This document shows positions 61,801 through 64,000 of a stretch of 64,000 nt of DNA, piece after piece. Numbering within the stretch: position 1 is the first letter of the stretch; every line of letters begins with the position of its first letter. The notes beneath the pieces were generated by a model that was given only the letters and a program-made list of their open reading frames with translations, searched no databases and was not told the DNA's origin. The DNA lies in NCBI GenBank assembly GCA_018398765.1, contig JAHBMJ010000310.1, forward strand, positions 62,001 to 126,000, read 5' to 3'. A program made the translations under genes and the position numbers. This DNA comes from Chromera velia (Eukaryota).

Positions 61801-63218
61801 TGCTCCTTGAATGTCTGGAAGGTTTGGCATGTAGCAGGGCAATCTCTGCATGTGCATCTCTTTTGGGACTCCTGCGGACCCCTCACGCTCTTTTCCTTCG
61901 TGTGTGCATTTGTGCAGAGTGCGATGCATGAGATACGTCAAAGGCAACAGTTTCGCGAAAGTCTTGCGAATCAAGTAAGCGTGCAGGGCAGGAGGGGGTG
62001 ATGACCTTTTTTCCTTCTTCGGAATACGACACACAACTAGGAACGCCTTTCCATATTGAGCGGCATAGCAGCCTATGAATTCCTTCCCGCATTCCAATCA
62101 TTCATTCTGTTTTTCCATTGTCTTTCGTTTCTCTCTGTCGTCTCCCATCTTGCCTGTAGGTTGGTCCGTCCGTCCGGTGTTTCTTCCTTTTGTCTGGTTG
62201 GCCTTCCCCTTTTCTTCCTGACGGCCCTCTCCTCTTCTCGAACTCTCTCTGTATGTATGTGGATCTAGGTGAGAGAAATGGATCGCAGCTTAGCTCTGTG
62301 CTGTGCTAGGACGACACTTCCAGGGTGGATGTGCATGGATTTTTTGCTCCTCCGTTCCTGTGGATCTCTGAAGGGGGGGTCTCTTCTCTGATCTCCTTTC
62401 ATTCGGCGTTCTTCATCTTTTTCGTGCTCTTCTTTTTCCCCCTCTCTCTGTCCAGGTAAAATGTCTGGAGAGAAAACTTCAAGAAATGCGGGCTGAAGAG
62501 GAGGAACGCCGGAAGGGGTCCGTCCGTTAGTCTACCTCCGCCCATCTGACTTTACTTTCTGTCGCTCTCTCTGTCTATACCTGCCTGCCTGTCCCTATTT
62601 TCTCACAAAGAGCCATTTCCTTGCAGGTCCTTATGCCTGTTAGCAGTCAGACATACGCATGCACACGCAAACACGCACGGCACCCACACGCATACACACA
62701 TATATGCACACGCGTTCTTTCCATCGGGTCGGGGTGTCAAATCCAACCAGAAGAGAGTGGGGGATTTTTGCTCTGATTGATGCCATCGACTGAAAAACGG
62801 AACCCCAGAAAAAGAAAGACAGAATGCTGAGTTTGAACCTCGGAGTGAGGGACCCGAAGCGGAAGGAAATGAAAAGAAACGAACCAGTCCAGATGGAAAG
62901 AATGTGGAAGTGCAAGAGTGTAAGTGTGCACTGGGGGGAGGGAAGGCCGCAGGGTGCGCTTAAGGCCTGGAGCTCCGGTACTCTTCCACTGAGAGAGCGC
63001 GCCAAAAAAAAAAGAAAAAAACAGAAGAGAATGAAAGAAGGGTCTCGTCTGTCTTGTCTGCCTGTCGGTCTGTCTGCCTGCCTGCCTGCCTGCCTGCCAG
63101 GAAAGAAAAGACGATATAGCCTGTCTGTCTGTCTTTCTGTCTGTTCTTTCTTTCTTTTTGTCTGGTATGTTCATGAAGAAAGGGAGGGAGAAGAGGAAGA
63201 AACATATAGTCTGTGTGT

Positions 63219-63257
<39 letters not shown>

Positions 63258-63529
63258 CGCACCTGTGTACCTGCCTTCTGCCTGTGCGTCTGCGCATTTG
63301 TCTGTGTGTGCACCTCCTTCTGATGTACCCGTGCTTCGCAGTAGCCACTCTCTGTCAACATTAGCCGGGCGTGGGGTAGAAAGAAGAGAGATCGTGTAAT
63401 GCGGCGTTGTCGACATGCATGCAGTCGGCAGGCAGGGGCCTCTTGCTCTCTGTTGTTTCGTCTCGCGCCTCCCTGCAAAGATGTGTCGGCCCTCTTGGTC
63501 CCCACCTGAGTGAGCGAGGGTCCCTCTTA

Positions 63530-63571
<42 letters not shown>

Positions 63572-64000
63572 TGTGCAGTTTCATTCAAACCTCCGGAGTC
63601 CATCTTCCTCTGGAGCTTGATCTAGGTCGGTAGAAGGAAATGAGGAAGGAAACATGCAGTAACGATGATCCAGGTTGATCCCCCCGTTCCCTTGTGTGCC
63701 ATCGTTGCTGCGTGTTTCTGGTTGGGGCTTATTCCTTGCTCAGCTCGATGAGTGTATCTTTCTTGTGGACATTCCAGCGGAAGGGAAGTTTGGTTGCAGT
63801 CAATGACGCGGGAATCTCAAGTGGACGGGTGGGTGGGTGGGTAAGTGGGACGATGCAAGGGAGTGATCGAGTAAGGGTGTCATTTTTCTTTCTGTCAATC
63901 AATCGAGCGTCCTTCCTTCCTGTTACCTGCAGGGCTGATGGGATTTGAACTCCCGAAGTTTGAGCTCCGCCTTCCGGTGGTTGACCCTCACATTCCGTTT
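53243..64000 (+). CDS. ATG11: ATG11/RB1CC1(FIP200)-like autophagy scaffold, multi-exon, continues beyond the window
   Basis: Spliced segment EDIAHLDHVPRIPAAFE|SAMHEIRQRQQFRESLANQ|VKCLERKLQEMRAEEEERRK and later LMGFELPKFELRLP resemble the Atg17-like region of RB1CC1/Atg11 (H..P..Y.....EV.RR..F; E..RR..F). N-terminal exons look ubiquitin-like. Start codon and several exons are tentative. Confidence 0.6.

Noticed and set aside
1..64000. Hundreds of 60-350-aa ORFs in the six-frame track (RERE, LSLS, VCVC, RKEG, PSFL-rich)
   Set aside because: They are translations of intronic microsatellites or antisense shadows of real exons, not genes.
1..64000. tRNA, rRNA and telomeric repeats
   Set aside because: No cloverleaf, rRNA-conserved blocks or telomere arrays recognised by eye; tRNAscan-SE and Infernal would be needed to exclude them.

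Overview
Eukaryotic nuclear DNA with intron-rich genes. Introns are packed with microsatellites, GTCAG-type donors and (Y)nTGCAG acceptors are frequent, and intergenic DNA carries TGCATGCA motifs. This style suggests a chromerid/apicomplexan-related alveolate such as Chromera velia (inference, not verified). Eight spliced genes were reconstructed by eye: FAD synthetase (-, runs off the left edge), a 4-TM membrane protein (+), a myristoylated EF-hand protein with a Pro/His-rich tail (-), UTP4/cirhin (+), a Trf4/PAPD5-type poly(A) polymerase (+), a YciI-like protein (+), a plant/fungal-type Fpg/MutM glycosylase (-) and an ATG11/RB1CC1-like protein (+, runs off the right edge). Between UTP4 and TRF4 (about 20.6-32.4 kb) lies an intron-free accessory island. 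It holds a 553-aa ORF with a mitochondrial-presequence-like N-terminus and two tandem PD-(D/E)xK (QxK variant) nuclease domains, a convergent broken ORF, a 32-bp hairpin array, a ~3.9-kb satellite with higher-order structure, foldback MITEs and nested 8-bp-TSD elements. A second TE-rich zone (41.8-48.2 kb) contains a TIR element carrying a gene fragment, a possible non-LTR retroelement relic and another 8-bp-TSD element. There is one assembly gap (34010-34319). All family calls rest on motif recognition by eye; no database searches were run.
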